A stretch of DNA of 64,000 bases from Candidatus Latescibacterota bacterium (GTDB taxonomy: Bacteria; Latescibacterota; UBA2968; UBA8231). Of the stretch, positions 28,160-38,900 are shown in pieces. Made by a program: the position numbers and the translations under genes. The DNA is taken from contig OZ220090.1 in assembly GCA_964291625.2 (NCBI GenBank), positions 1,062,451 to 1,126,450 of the forward strand, given 5' to 3'. A model generated the notes under the pieces. It was not told where the DNA came from. It was given only the letters and a program-made list of their open reading frames with translations, and made no database searches. Position 1 is the first letter of the stretch, and every line of letters begins with the position of its first letter.

Positions 28160-29194
28160 ATGAAGATTTTCGATGGTTACGCTGATTTGTTGCAGTGGGT
28201 GGTAGAGAAGGGGCACTCGCCGGAGGTGCTCGGATACGCTCCGGACGGGTCGCCCCTGATTTGTCTGCGCACCGGCGGCGACAAGGAACCCGCCATCTTC
28301 ATCAGCGCCGGCAGCCACTCCACCGAGCAGGCCGGCGTCGGCGCCGCCATGGGCCTGCTGGAATCCCTCGACACCGAGCACCAGGTCTACATCTTCCCCA
28401 GCAGGGACCCCATGGGGATGAACGGCTACGCCTACGTCCTGGGCCTGAGCCTGGACGAGGTGCCCGAGCTGAACTCGGCGGCTGATGTGAGGGATGTCCT
28501 GAAGGCCCGCGGCGAGGTGCTCTACGAGGAGGGCGATACCGTCCTCGCTCTCGTGGGCGAGTACGGCTACTCGACGAGGGGGCTCCTCGGGAAGTTCGAG
28601 GTGGGAGCGGAGTTCCTCGAGCCCCTCTTCGGCCGGCGCATCTTCTTCCCCTCCGGCGACGAAGGCGAGGGCACCGCGCCCTGCCAGCGGGCCTACTCCC
28701 TGATCGTGACTCCCGAGGGCGAGGTCCTGCACATCAACCGCTTCCACGACACCGCCTGGGCGCCGGTGGAGCCGCGCTGCACGCGCAATCTCATGGCCCG
28801 CATCAACCCCGGCCTGACCCTGGACCTCCACGAGTACGGAGGCGACGGCTTCTGGTTCTCGGCCCGCCACCAGCAGACCGAGGAGGACGAGAGCTGGGAG
28901 AAGAGGATGGCCGACACCATGATCCGCGCCGTGGCCGACTCGGGCGTCGAGCTGGCCCCCCTGGGCTACATGCCGGGACCCTTCTTCGAGGTCCAGGAGC
29001 GCGGCGTCGTGTGGCTGATCGCCCAGCAGCGGGGCGAGGGCCTGAACCTGGCCGACTACGGGGCCCGTCACTACGGGCCGGCCTTCACCATCGAGACCGG
29101 GATGAAGATGGCCGGCGGCTACGACGAGCGGGTCAGCACCTCGATGCTGGTCTCGAAGACGGCGGTCTCGGTCTTCGAGGAGCGGTGGCGCTGA
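28160..29194 (+). CDS. M14-like zinc hydrolase (carboxypeptidase/desuccinylase-like)
   Basis: HxxE (GSHSTE), DLHE, FTIET. Confidence 0.75.
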   Translation: MKIFDGYADLLQWVVEKGHSPEVLGYAPDGSPLICLRTGGDKEPAIFISAGSHSTEQAGVGAAMGLLESLDTEHQVYIFPSRDPMGMNGYAYVLGLSLDEVPELNSAADVRDVLKARGEVLYEEGDTVLALVGEYGYSTRGLLGKFEVGAEFLEPLFGRRIFFPSGDEGEGTAPCQRAYSLIVTPEGEVLHINRFHDTAWAPVEPRCTRNLMARINPGLTLDLHEYGGDGFWFSARHQQTEEDESWEKRMADTMIRAVADSGVELAPLGYMPGPFFEVQERGVVWLIAQQRGEGLNLADYGARHYGPAFTIETGMKMAGGYDERVSTSMLVSKTAVSVFEERWR

Positions 29195-29261
29195 GGGAGA
29201 CGGCGTCCAGCCCCGTCACGGTCGAGCACGTTCCTGAACAGGTCCCGCAGCGGCATGGCGG

Positions 29262-30155
29262 TCACTTCCTCACCGCAACCCCCAGCACCCGCTCCCAGAC
29301 CTTGATCATCGCTCCCTTGGCCTCGTCGCCGTGGCCCTCGGCCAGGGCCTGGCGGTAGGTCTGCATCGCTCCCGAGGCCACGGGCATGGGGGCCCGCTCC
29401 TGGTCGGCGCGCTCCATGAGGGTGACCATGTCCTTGAAGGCGGCGCCCATGGGGTAGCCCTCGTCGAAGCGCCCCTCAAGGACGAGCTCGGCGAAGTAGT
29501 CGAAGCCGAAGCTCTGGCCCGAACCGGTGGCCACGACGCGGCGGAGCTTGTCAGGGTCGAGTCCGAGTCGCACGGCGAGGGGCAGCATCTCGGCCATGGC
29601 CGCCACCGAGATGTTGTAGAGCACGTTGTTGGCCATCTTCGTCAGCTGGCCGTGGCCCGGGGCGCCCATGTGCACCACGAGGCGGCCGATCCGCTCCAGC
29701 AGGGGCTTCACCTCCTGGAAGGCGGCCTCGTCCCCTCCCACCATGACCGTCAGGGTCCCGGCGGCGGCGCGGTCCTCCAAGCCGGTGACCGGCGCGTCGA
29801 GGAGCCGGATGCCCCGCTCCTTCAGGCGGGCTGCCATGTCGCGGGCGTGATCGGGGTGGCTGGTGCTGCAGTCGACGACCACGGCTCCGGCCTTCAGGGA
29901 CTCGGCCAGGCCGCCGGCGCCGAGGAGCACCTCCTCCACCACGGAACCGTCCGGCAGGGAGAGGAGGACGCGGTTGCAGCCCCGCCCGACGGAGGCCACA
30001 TTCTCCAGCGGCCTGACGCCGGGGCCCTCCACGGCCTCGCAGGCCGCGGCGTCGATGTCGAAGACGAGGATCTCCTCCCCGGCGCGCGCCAGGTTGGCCA
30101 CCATTCTCCGGCCCATGGAACCCAGACCGATGAAGCCCACCCTGTCCGCTGCCAT
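29262..30155 (-). CDS. 3-hydroxyisobutyrate dehydrogenase family NAD(P)-dependent oxidoreductase
   Basis: GFIGLGSMG, LDAPVTG, LTVMVGG, KMANN. Confidence 0.93.
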   Translation of the reverse strand: MAADRVGFIGLGSMGRRMVANLARAGEEILVFDIDAAACEAVEGPGVRPLENVASVGRGCNRVLLSLPDGSVVEEVLLGAGGLAESLKAGAVVVDCSTSHPDHARDMAARLKERGIRLLDAPVTGLEDRAAAGTLTVMVGGDEAAFQEVKPLLERIGRLVVHMGAPGHGQLTKMANNVLYNISVAAMAEMLPLAVRLGLDPDKLRRVVATGSGQSFGFDYFAELVLEGRFDEGYPMGAAFKDMVTLMERADQERAPMPVASGAMQTYRQALAEGHGDEAKGAMIKVWERVLGVAVRK

Positions 30156-30188
30156 CAGCTCTCCGCCTCAGCTTCCGGGGGTGCGCCC

Positions 30189-30758
30189 GTGAGCACCAGC
30201 CGCCTGCGACAGCTGGAGCGCGACGACCTCGACGAGCAGCAGAAGGCCGTCTGGGACGCCATCGTCGAGGCCCGCGGCAACGTGGCCGGCCCCTTCCGCG
30301 TCTGGCTCCACAGCGCCCCCTTCGCCGACCGCGCCCAGAAGCTCGGCGCCCTGGTCCGCTACCAGACCCGCCTCGAGCCCCGCCTCTCGGAGCTGGTCAT
30401 CCTGGTCACCGCCCGCGCCTGGGACTGCCAGCTCGAGTGGACCCTGCACGAGCCCATCGCCCTCGAGGCCGGCCTGGCGCCGGAGCTGCTGGAGGCGGTC
30501 CGCCTCGGCCAGTACCCCGAGTTCGAGCGCGAGGACGAGCAGGCGGTCTACGACTACGCCGCCGAGCTGGTCTACAACCGCTTCGTCCAGGAGCGCACCT
30601 TCGCCACGGCCCGCGACCTGCTCGGCGAGGCCGGCGTCGTCGAGCTCACCGGCCTCATCGGCTACTACTCGATGGTGGCCATGTCCCTCAACGCCTTCCA
30701 GGTACCGCTGCCCAAGGGCACCAAGCCCACCCTCGTCGACTGTCCCACCTTCCGGTAG
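30189..30758 (+). CDS. Carboxymuconolactone decarboxylase (AhpD-like) family protein
   Basis: GPFRVWLHS, ELVILVTAR...EWTLH, VVELTGLIGYY; C-terminal part of ORF 29331..30758. Confidence 0.88.
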   Translation: MSTSRLRQLERDDLDEQQKAVWDAIVEARGNVAGPFRVWLHSAPFADRAQKLGALVRYQTRLEPRLSELVILVTARAWDCQLEWTLHEPIALEAGLAPELLEAVRLGQYPEFEREDEQAVYDYAAELVYNRFVQERTFATARDLLGEAGVVELTGLIGYYSMVAMSLNAFQVPLPKGTKPTLVDCPTFR

Positions 30759-30772
30759 TCCCGGGCCGGCGG

Positions 30773-31570
30773 TCATCCGGGATCCGGGCCGCCGCCGCCG
30801 GGCAGCCCCGCGGCGATCTCGCCGCAGGTGACCGACCCGCACCCGAACATCTCCAGGTTGAGGATCGTCGCCCGCGTCTGCCCCAGCCCCTCGTGGGTGG
30901 CCGCCGACTCCATGCCGGTGGTGCCGTCGCGCACGACCAGCACCGCGTAGCCGCGGCGGTTCATGTCGATGGTGCCGTAGTCGCGGTGGACGATGCAGGC
31001 GTTGGTGTTGAAGCCGGCGTAGAGCAGGAACATCACCCCCTGGTGCCGGCACCACAGGTGCAGCTCCTCGCCGGTGGAGACCACCGGCTCGCCCTCGGCC
31101 GGCTGCATGTCCGGGTGGATCCGCAGGCCGGCGCGGACGGCCTCGCGCTCGGGGTCGCGCGGCTCCTCGGGTGACGCGAACACGGCGAACTTCCCCTGGC
31201 GCTGGCGGAACTCCGGCGGCGGCCAGTCCTCGTCGGCGGGCCAGGTCCTGCGGTCCCAGCCCTCGAGGCCCAGCCAGTTCGGGTGCGACTCGGCCTGCGG
31301 CGGCGAGGGGGCGTGAACGATCGGCAGGCCGGCGGCGCGGCAACGGTCGACCAGGGGCCGCAGGCGCTGCCGGATGATCCCGTCGGCCCGGGCGTGGGTG
31401 TCCTTCAGGTAGTGGCGGTCCCAGACGTCGACCAGGACGAGGGCCGCCTGGGGCAGCGGGATCCGCCAGTCCAGGTGGTCGTAGGTCGTGTTGGACTCCA
31501 CCCACTCGACGCCGGGGTCGACGTGCCAGCGGTGGTAGCGGGGGCGGATGTGAAGGACGGGCTCGGACAT
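30773..31570 (-). CDS. Isochorismatase family cysteine hydrolase
   Basis: ALVLVDVW, AGFNTNAC, VVRDGT. Confidence 0.85.
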   Translation of the reverse strand: MSEPVLHIRPRYHRWHVDPGVEWVESNTTYDHLDWRIPLPQAALVLVDVWDRHYLKDTHARADGIIRQRLRPLVDRCRAAGLPIVHAPSPPQAESHPNWLGLEGWDRRTWPADEDWPPPEFRQRQGKFAVFASPEEPRDPEREAVRAGLRIHPDMQPAEGEPVVSTGEELHLWCRHQGVMFLLYAGFNTNACIVHRDYGTIDMNRRGYAVLVVRDGTTGMESAATHEGLGQTRATILNLEMFGCGSVTCGEIAAGLPGGGGPDPG

Positions 31571-31640
31571 GGAGAGACCTCTCGACGGCGTCAGGTCGCC
31601 GGCGCGGAGCCCGCGGCCCCGGTGGCGGTCCCCCGGCGGC

Positions 31641-32426
31641 TCACAGGAGCAGCAGCTCGTTGCGGCAGTCGATGCGCACGGACTTCGAGTAGTGGTGGAC
31701 CTCCACGCCCTCGGCCACCGGCACCGGGACGCGGATCAGCAGCTCGGACCAGTCGAAGCGGTGGAAGGCGATGAAGGCCAGCTCCAGGGAGCCGATCAGC
31801 TCCGCGGGCTCGACCTCCGGACCCGGCACCAGGACCGGCCCCGTGTCGGGCTGGAAGAGGACGTCCCGCTCGTTGGCGTTCACCGTCTTCACCGGGTATT
31901 CCAGCTCCACCTCGCAGCGCCCGTTCCCGTAACTCGTGCGCGCCACCAGGTTGCGATTGGCGAGGATCGCCTCCACCGCCGCCGCCGAGGTCTCCAGGGG
32001 GCGGGCCTCGACGCGCTCCAAGTCGAGGCGGGCGCTCTCGAAGACCTCCTCCACGCGCACCACCTGGCGCTCCGGCTGCATGCCGAGGGACTCGACGTAG
32101 AGCGGCAGTTGCCGGCCGACGATGTCGTAGGTCTTGAGGCTCATGAACTCGCCGTCGTCGGAGAGGACCGGCTTGAAGTCGGCGTTCGGCTGCGGCCAGA
32201 TGCCGTCCTCGGCCCCCACCGCCTCGGTCTTGCAGCTCACGCCGAGAGCGAAGCCGCGGCTCCGGCCCGAGGCCTTGTCGGTCACGGTGCACAGGCAGTC
32301 CAGGGGCACGCGGGCGTTGTTCAGCGAGTACGGCGGCGGCACGGTCACCGTCGCCGGCGGCAGCTTGTCCCTGTCGCTGCGCCACCACAGGAAGGACCGC
32401 GAGAAGTCGACGGCCGGGACGCTCAT
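31641..32426 (-). CDS. Hypothetical protein (MSVPAVDFSRSFLWWRSD...)
   Basis: ATGA coupling to the SDR stop; host-like codon usage. Confidence 0.75.
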   Translation of the reverse strand: MSVPAVDFSRSFLWWRSDRDKLPPATVTVPPPYSLNNARVPLDCLCTVTDKASGRSRGFALGVSCKTEAVGAEDGIWPQPNADFKPVLSDDGEFMSLKTYDIVGRQLPLYVESLGMQPERQVVRVEEVFESARLDLERVEARPLETSAAAVEAILANRNLVARTSYGNGRCEVELEYPVKTVNANERDVLFQPDTGPVLVPGPEVEPAELIGSLELAFIAFHRFDWSELLIRVPVPVAEGVEVHHYSKSVRIDCRNELLLL

Positions 32427-33205
32427 ATGCAGGTCCAGCCGCCGTCGACCATCAGGGCCTCGCCGGTGACGTAGGCCGAGGCGTCGGAGGCGAGGTAGAC
32501 GACGGCGCCCTTGATGTCCTCGTTGTCGAGCATGCGGCCGAGGGGGCAGCGCTTCTCGTAGGCCTCGACGAAGGGGCCGGGCTGCTCGTCGAAGTAGCCC
32601 CCGGGGCAGATGCAGTTGGCGCGCACGCCCTGCTTGCCGAAGTAGTTGGCCAGGTAGCGGGTGAAGTTGATCATGCCCGCCTTGACGAAGGTGTAGTCCG
32701 GCGGCTGCCGCATGGGGGTGCCCTCGTAGAGGGTCGGGTCGTTGGCGACCACGCCGTAGATGCTGGAGATGTTGATGATCGAGCCCCGGCCGCGGTCGGC
32801 CATGCCCGGCAGGAAGGCCTTGCACAGGGCGAAGAGGCCGGTCATGTTGCCGCTGGCGCTGAACTCCCAGTAGTCGGGGGTCTGCTCCTCGAAGCCGCCG
32901 CCGCGGGCGACGACGGCGGAGTTCACCAGCACGTCGGCGCGCCCGAAGCGCTCGTGGACCCGGCCGCCGAACTCCTCGATGGAGGCGGTGTCGGTGACGT
33001 CGAGCTGCAGGGCGTGGGCGTCGTGGCCCTTGGCGCGCAGCTCGCCGGCGAAGGCCTCGTTGCGCTCCAGCGAGCGCGAGGCCGTGATCACGGTCGCCCC
33101 GGCCTCGGCCAGGGCCTCGGAGATGCTGGAGCCGAAGAGCGGCCCGGCGCCGCCGGTGACCACGGCGATGCGCCCCTCCAGGGAGAAGCGGTCGAGAATC
33201 CCCAT
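32423..33205 (-). CDS. SDR family oxidoreductase
   Basis: VVTGGAG, LVNSA, NISSIYG, YxxxK (YTFVK), VDGG. Confidence 0.95.
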   Translation of the reverse strand: MGILDRFSLEGRIAVVTGGAGPLFGSSISEALAEAGATVITASRSLERNEAFAGELRAKGHDAHALQLDVTDTASIEEFGGRVHERFGRADVLVNSAVVARGGGFEEQTPDYWEFSASGNMTGLFALCKAFLPGMADRGRGSIINISSIYGVVANDPTLYEGTPMRQPPDYTFVKAGMINFTRYLANYFGKQGVRANCICPGGYFDEQPGPFVEAYEKRCPLGRMLDNEDIKGAVVYLASDASAYVTGEALMVDGGWTCI

Positions 33206-34017
33206 CAGTGCTGGTCCCTCCTCGGCAGGATCGGTTGCGCCCGCAGCTCGCGGATCAGGTCGACGAGGCCGCTCACGGCGGCCTCGAGCCAGGCCTCGCC
33301 CTTCTCGGGGGTCGCCTTGGTGGCGTCGCCCAGGACGCCGCTGGCCGTCTGCGAGCTCCAGTAGGGTATGAGCCGCGCCCCGGAGCCCTCCGGGTGGGTG
33401 CCGGCCAGCAGGTCGGAGCGGAAGCTCTTCGACAGGGGCGAGCGCTCGTCCACGGCCTTGTCCATCTCCACCAGCTCCGGCTTCAGCGCCAGGTAGAGGG
33501 CGGTCTCGTACTCGCCGCCGTGGGAGGTGCCGCCGTGGTCGGAGTCGCGCAGCTCGGCGCCGGCGGTCTTCGACCTGCGCAGGTCCCAGTGGCTGACGCT
33601 GGCGCAGTAGACCCGCCCCTCGTACTCCATCACCGTGAGCCGCGCCGCCAGGTCCAGGGGCGAGGCGTTGCTGCCGTGGCCGTTGACGATGAGGATGCGC
33701 TCGAAGCCGTGGTGGCCGAGGCTGCAGGCCACGTCCTTCACGTAGCGGATGAAGGTGTCCCAGGTGATGGTCAGAGTGCCGTGGAAGTCCATGTGGTGGG
33801 GGCTGTACCCGTGGGGCACGGCCGGCGCCAGCACCGCCTCGTCGGGGATGCGCGCCACGGCGCGCTCGCAGATCCCGGTGCACAGCACCACGTCCGTGTC
33901 CACCGGCAGGTGCGGTCCGTGGTCCTCGTAGGTGGCCACGGGCAGGACCGCCACGCGGCCGTCGCGGGCGGCGTCGCGGATCTCGTGCCAGATCATCTCG
34001 GCGAATCGGTACTTCAA
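33205..34017 (-). CDS. Creatininase family amidohydrolase
   Basis: EDHGPHLPVDTD, SPHH, NGHGSN, HGGEYET; TTG start after AGGAGG. Confidence 0.93.
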   Translation of the reverse strand: MKYRFAEMIWHEIRDAARDGRVAVLPVATYEDHGPHLPVDTDVVLCTGICERAVARIPDEAVLAPAVPHGYSPHHMDFHGTLTITWDTFIRYVKDVACSLGHHGFERILIVNGHGSNASPLDLAARLTVMEYEGRVYCASVSHWDLRRSKTAGAELRDSDHGGTSHGGEYETALYLALKPELVEMDKAVDERSPLSKSFRSDLLAGTHPEGSGARLIPYWSSQTASGVLGDATKATPEKGEAWLEAAVSGLVDLIRELRAQPILPRRDQH

Positions 34018-34195
34018 CGAATCATCCTCCTGAATCACGCTGGAATCTGCCAACTGGTGCTGTACCTTGAGGAAGGGAAAGGCCAGATCGGCGGGAGAGC
34101 AACCTGGAAGCGGACGATTGACACAGTTGTCGAGGCCCGCAGGCTCCCGCCAGGTGAATGGCCCTCCCTCACCCTTGCACTCTGGAGAGTACCCC

Positions 34196-34795
34196 ATGGC
34201 AGCCTTGAGATACCTCGCCCTGGCTGTAGTCGTGGCTGTAGTCGTGGTTGGCGCCGGCTGCGCTGCGAGGCCAGCCCCCGCTTCCAGACCTGCGCCGGTT
34301 CCGGAGCAGCCCGAACCGGCCGACGTGATCGAGGACACCCCCTCCGGTGAATCCGCCCCCACACCCGGCCTGGGTGTCAGCCGGTCTGAGATTCAAGCCC
34401 ATTTCGAGGGGCGTGGTTGGACCTTCAAGCCTGCCGGCCGGCGACGGCCAACCGGAGAGCCACGGGTCCTGGGGGAGGCGTCGTTCGGCAAGGCGAGGCT
34501 CGAATTGATCGGTCCTGAGCACAACATCATTCAGGCCGACATGTCGGTTTCGTTCTCGCCTGCCCTTCGCGAAGAGACAATCAGGAGTCACACCGGATTC
34601 CTGTGGGATTTCATGAAGGTCATACTCCCGGGCTGGGTGGAAGCCTACGCTCTGTTGGGGGACCACATGGCCTGGGCAAGCGCAGGCGGGAGTCCGCAAG
34701 GTCCGCAACATGCAGTGGCAGGGGACAGGGCTTTTGAAGTGGAGCATCCTGAACCCTGGAAACTGACGATCTCCGCCAGGTTGGTGGAGCGCTAG
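34196..34795 (+). CDS. Putative lipoprotein; its stop codon lies in the CTAG at the IS junction
   Basis: Hydrophobic signal ending VGAGC, Pro-rich linker, GGAG RBS. Confidence 0.65.
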   Translation: MAALRYLALAVVVAVVVVGAGCAARPAPASRPAPVPEQPEPADVIEDTPSGESAPTPGLGVSRSEIQAHFEGRGWTFKPAGRRRPTGEPRVLGEASFGKARLELIGPEHNIIQADMSVSFSPALREETIRSHTGFLWDFMKVILPGWVEAYALLGDHMAWASAGGSPQGPQHAVAGDRAFEVEHPEPWKLTISARLVER

Positions 34796-34802
34796 TGCTC
34801 AC

Positions 34803-34831
34803 TTGTACGAGTTATTGTCATAACGTATCTT
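34803..34831 (+). promoter_or_regulatory. Putative IS630 transposase promoter (leaderless)
   Basis: TTGTAC-N17-TATCTT, ATG begins 7 nt after the -10, no SD; GTTAT-tgtc-ATAAC palindrome in the spacer. Confidence 0.55.
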
Positions 34832-34837
34832 GGGGGC

Positions 34838-35911
34838 ATGCCACGGCCCGCGACCCAGATTTCGTTGACGGAAGAGGATCGCGCCACGCTGTCGCAATGG
34901 GTGCGATCGGGGACCACGGAACAGCGGCTCGCCTTGCGGGCGCGCATCATTCTGGCCGCGGCGGCCGGCGAGGCGTCGGCGGCCATCGCCGACCGGCTGG
35001 AGCTGCGCCACGGCACGGTGAGCAAGTGGCGGACGCGCTTTGCCGCGCACGGCCTGGAGGGGTTGCAGGACGCGCCGAGGCCGGGGCCGCCGAGGCGGTA
35101 TGACGAGGAAACCGAGCAGCGCATCCTCGACGTGGTGTCCCAACCGCCGCCGGAGGGGCACGCGACTTGGACCGGGACGCTGGTGGCCGAGGCCTTGGGC
35201 GACGTGTCGGACGATCACGTGTGGCGGGTGCTGCGTCAGCATGGCATCCATCTACAGCGGCGACGGTCCCATGAGGTGAGCACGGACCCGGAGTTTTCGG
35301 CCAAGGCTGCCGATGTCGTGGGGTTGTACCTCGACCCGCCGGAGAACGCCGTGGTGCTGTGCGTCGACGAAAAGCCTTCCATCCAGGCCTTGGAACGAGC
35401 CCAGGGGTATCTGCGGTTGCCCAATGGCCAGGCCATGAGCGGCGCCAGCCATCGCTATCAACGCCACGGCACCACGACCTTGTTCGCCGCCCTCGAGGTC
35501 GCCACGGGGCGCATCCAGGCTGGCCACGCGAAGCGACGACGGCGCCGGGAGTTCCTCGACTTCATGAACGACCTGGTCCGAGAGTATTCGCCCCACCAGG
35601 CCATTCACGTGATCCTGGACAACCTGAACACCCACAAGCCCAAACGCGACCGATGGCGGGCCCGTCATCCCAACGTGCACTTCCACTACACGCCCACCAA
35701 CGCCTGCTGGCTGAATCAGATCGAGACCTGGTTCAGCATCCTCACCCGCCGCGCCTTGCAGGGGGCCAGCTTCACCTCGCCCCGGCAACTTCGCCAAGCC
35801 ATCGACGCCTTCATCGCCGCCTACAACTCGACGGCTCAGCCCTTCGAGTGGAAGAAGCGGAACGTCGTCCCTACGGAGCTTCATGATACATACGCTGAAC
35901 TGTGCAGGTAG
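34838..35911 (+). CDS. IS630 family transposase
   Basis: HTH N-terminus, DDE motifs VDEK...ILDNL...WLNQIE. Confidence 0.97.
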   Translation: MPRPATQISLTEEDRATLSQWVRSGTTEQRLALRARIILAAAAGEASAAIADRLELRHGTVSKWRTRFAAHGLEGLQDAPRPGPPRRYDEETEQRILDVVSQPPPEGHATWTGTLVAEALGDVSDDHVWRVLRQHGIHLQRRRSHEVSTDPEFSAKAADVVGLYLDPPENAVVLCVDEKPSIQALERAQGYLRLPNGQAMSGASHRYQRHGTTTLFAALEVATGRIQAGHAKRRRRREFLDFMNDLVREYSPHQAIHVILDNLNTHKPKRDRWRARHPNVHFHYTPTNACWLNQIETWFSILTRRALQGASFTSPRQLRQAIDAFIAAYNSTAQPFEWKKRNVVPTELHDTYAELCR

Positions 35912-35940
35912 GCACTAGCTGAAGACCTCTCAGGAAGGAC

Positions 35941-38900
35941 CTACCTCACCAGCGCCACCTTCCCGACCCTGACCTGGCCCCCCGCCATCAGCCTCCACAG
36001 ATAGACCCCTCCAGCGACCGCACGGCCGTCACTGGTGCCGTCCCACTCCTTGGCATAGACACCACGGGGGGCGTCCGGATCGGCCGCCAGGGTGGCCACA
36101 GACTGGCCTGAGAGGTTGTAGACGACCAGGCTCACCGGGCCGTCCTCGGGCAGTTGGTAGTAGAACATGGTCGTCGGGTTGAACGGATTGGGGGCCGCAT
36201 AGATGGCGAGCTCGTCAGGGCCTCCCATGGAGACGAGGACCTTCCCGGCTTCGTTGGTGACGCTGTCTCCTACGTGTGCAGGGACCGTGTACTCTGCGTA
36301 CGGCCCCCACCCGATGCTGTTCTTGGCTTTGACCCGGAAGGTGTAGGTGACTCCGGCCAGGATCCCTGTGGCGGTGAAATTCCTGTCTCCGTTCGTGTGG
36401 GTGTCGTTGTTCCAGATCTGGCCGACCTTCCGATTCCAGATGTAGTCTGTGATCGAGGCCCCGTTGTCGTCAGGCTCGTCCCACTCGATGCGCACGGACC
36501 CGGTGATCGGCCGGCGGTAACTGAATCCACTGGGCGCGTCGGGATTGCCCGCTGGGGTGGCGGAGTCCGTCGAGGGCGGTCCAAACCCTGCGGGGTTGTG
36601 TGCCCGGACCTGGAAGTAGTAGAGGGTGCCGTTGGTGAGCCCTTCGATGGTCTTGGTTCGCGAGGTGACTCTGCTATAGGCGGTGTACGACCCGCCATCG
36701 ACCTTGAACCGATAGTTGTAGCGGTCGATGTTGGCTCCCTGGTCGTCCGCCGCATCCCACGTCAGGGTGACCTTTGCGTCTCCGCGAGAGGCGTTCAGAT
36801 TTGGCGGAGGCAGGGGTTTCTTGGCGCTGACCACGCTCGTAGTGGTGGCCGAGGCATACTTCCCGTCTCCATGGCCGTCCGAGTATTCCCTGGAGGCTCT
36901 CAGGAACTTGCCGACGAGATACTTGGAAGAGATGGTGAGGGTCCGGCCGTCACTGGAGAGTGCGAAGTCATGGTCATCCAAGGCTGTGCCTTGTGACGAA
37001 CTGGAACTGGTGGTGGACCACTCCCAGTTCGCCTCGAATCCAAGGTCTCCGTCCGGGTCCGAGAGCAACGCGGTGACGGAGTCTCCCCATTTCGGGGCGT
37101 TGTTGGACAAGGTGACGGTGCCGTCCTCGTCTACGTTTTCAATGGTGATGGCGGTCGTGTGGCTGTCGGATGCGCCGCTGGCATCCGTTGCGGTGACTTG
37201 GAGGGAGTAGGACTTCTTGGCTTCGTAGTTGGGGCTGATCGCGAACGTCACCCTGCGAGTGTTGTCGGTGGCTCCCGCCGAGTGGCTGAAGATGGCCCCG
37301 TCGCTCACAGACCAGGTGATGGTGTCATCGGGGAGATCGTCATCCGAGACGGTATAGACTCCAACGAACTGCTTGGAGGTATTCTCCGGGACAGATACCT
37401 GAGTCCGACCTGACACCTCGGGCTCATCGTTGGCAGGAATAGTTGCCGTGCTTGTGACAGAGGACCCGCTGCCGATGGCGTTGACGGCCCTGACCTCGAA
37501 CTTGTATTCCGTGCCGGCCAAGAGGCCGGAGGCCGTCGCGGTGCGAGCGGTCTTGAACGTCCATGGAGACCAAGTTCCACCGGACAAATTCACCCTGTAT
37601 CGGTATTGATACCTGGCCACCGCCGACCCGCAGTCACTGGACGGGGCGTCCCAAGTCCATGTCATGCTCTTTGTCCCGACGCTCCCGGAGAGGTTCCTCG
37701 GAGGCATCGGGACGCTGGCCAAGACAGTGCCCGTCGAAACCGTAAGGGTGTTGTCGGCGGCGGCGTTGTCTTCATACTCGGCGATGACGGAGATCTTCTG
37801 TCCTACACGCGAGGAAGGGATCGAGCGAGTAACGGTCGCCGAGGTCTCCGACAATTCGACCCCGTCCCACGTCCAGCCGTGATCGTCATCCGACATGTCG
37901 ATCCCCCCGTCAGGATCCGTGAGGGTGGCTTGGAGGCTGGAGCAAACGCGAGGGGCACTGCTGTTGAAGGTGATGGACCCTGTCTCGATCTCGTTGGTGA
38001 CCCTGACCGTCCGATTGGCCGTGCCGGTCACTTCGCCGTCGCTGACTTGGATCTTGACGGAGTAGATGTGCTTCGACTCGTAGTTGGGAGCCGACTTGAA
38101 CTCCAGAGTCCTCCGGTCGCTGTGACCCGCCACGGCCTCCAGATCGAAGGAACTGCCATCCGTCCCGCCCGGAGACCACGTCAGGTCCCCGCAGTAGGAG
38201 TTGGCCCCCACCTCGTAGGTCCCCGCCGACTGCGTGGTGTTCTCAGGGACGTCCTGCTTGGTGTCCGGAACCTCGTCCACGGTGATGACGCAATCGGTGG
38301 CGATGACGGGCGAGTTCGTCGTCTTCCGGACCGTGTGATTGCCATACTCGTCGTTGTAGTTGACCGTCACTTTGAGATGGGATCCCACGTCCCCTGAGGT
38401 GGGGGTGTAGGTGTCGGTGGCGCTCAAAGAGGGGGTGGTGGTCCTGGCGGAGTTCTCATCACTACTGGAGGCCCCGACACGATCCCACCTCCATGTGTGC
38501 TGACGGTGGTTGTCCTCATCGATCAAGGTGGCCGTCACCGTCTGGCCTTTGACCGGCGGATCCGGAGAGATGCCCAGCACCCCTGGCCCGTTGGGTTTAC
38601 GCACCACGATGCCTGTAGTCCCGGTGGCGGTCTGTTCCCCGTCGTCATCGTCGTACGTGGCCGTCACCTTCAGCTTCTTGTCCACGTCCGCCGCGACAGG
38701 GGTGTACGTGGCATTGCCGTCGGTCCCATCCGCGGACGTCAGGGTAGTCTCGGTGGACCCGTCCACCCGCACCCAATCCCCCCAAGTGACGTCGGACACG
38801 CCGTCGTCGTCGGCCACGGAGGCCGTCACGGCCTTCGTCTCCTGAGGCACGTCAGCCGGGTCGGTCTGCTCGAAGGTGAAACTGACCTCGCCGGGGCTGT

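Larger units (their letters stand above)
34795..35915 (+). mobile_element. IS630 family insertion sequence, copy 1 (1121 bp)
   Basis: Imperfect terminal IRs GTGCTCACTTGTAC / GTGCCTACCTGCAC; TA on both sides within CTAG (34792 and 35915). Confidence 0.95.

Noticed and set aside
28121-28270. AT-richer 5' end of the M14-like gene as a separate element
   Set aside because: The reading frame is continuous and 5' ends are often AT-richer; no boundaries or repeats seen
29195-29261. Possible remnant gene start on the minus strand (MPLRDLFRNVLDRDG...)
   Set aside because: Too short to assign, and it runs antisense into the M14-like gene
34838-35911. Programmed frameshift in the IS630 transposase
   Set aside because: Both copies are single uninterrupted 357-aa ORFs
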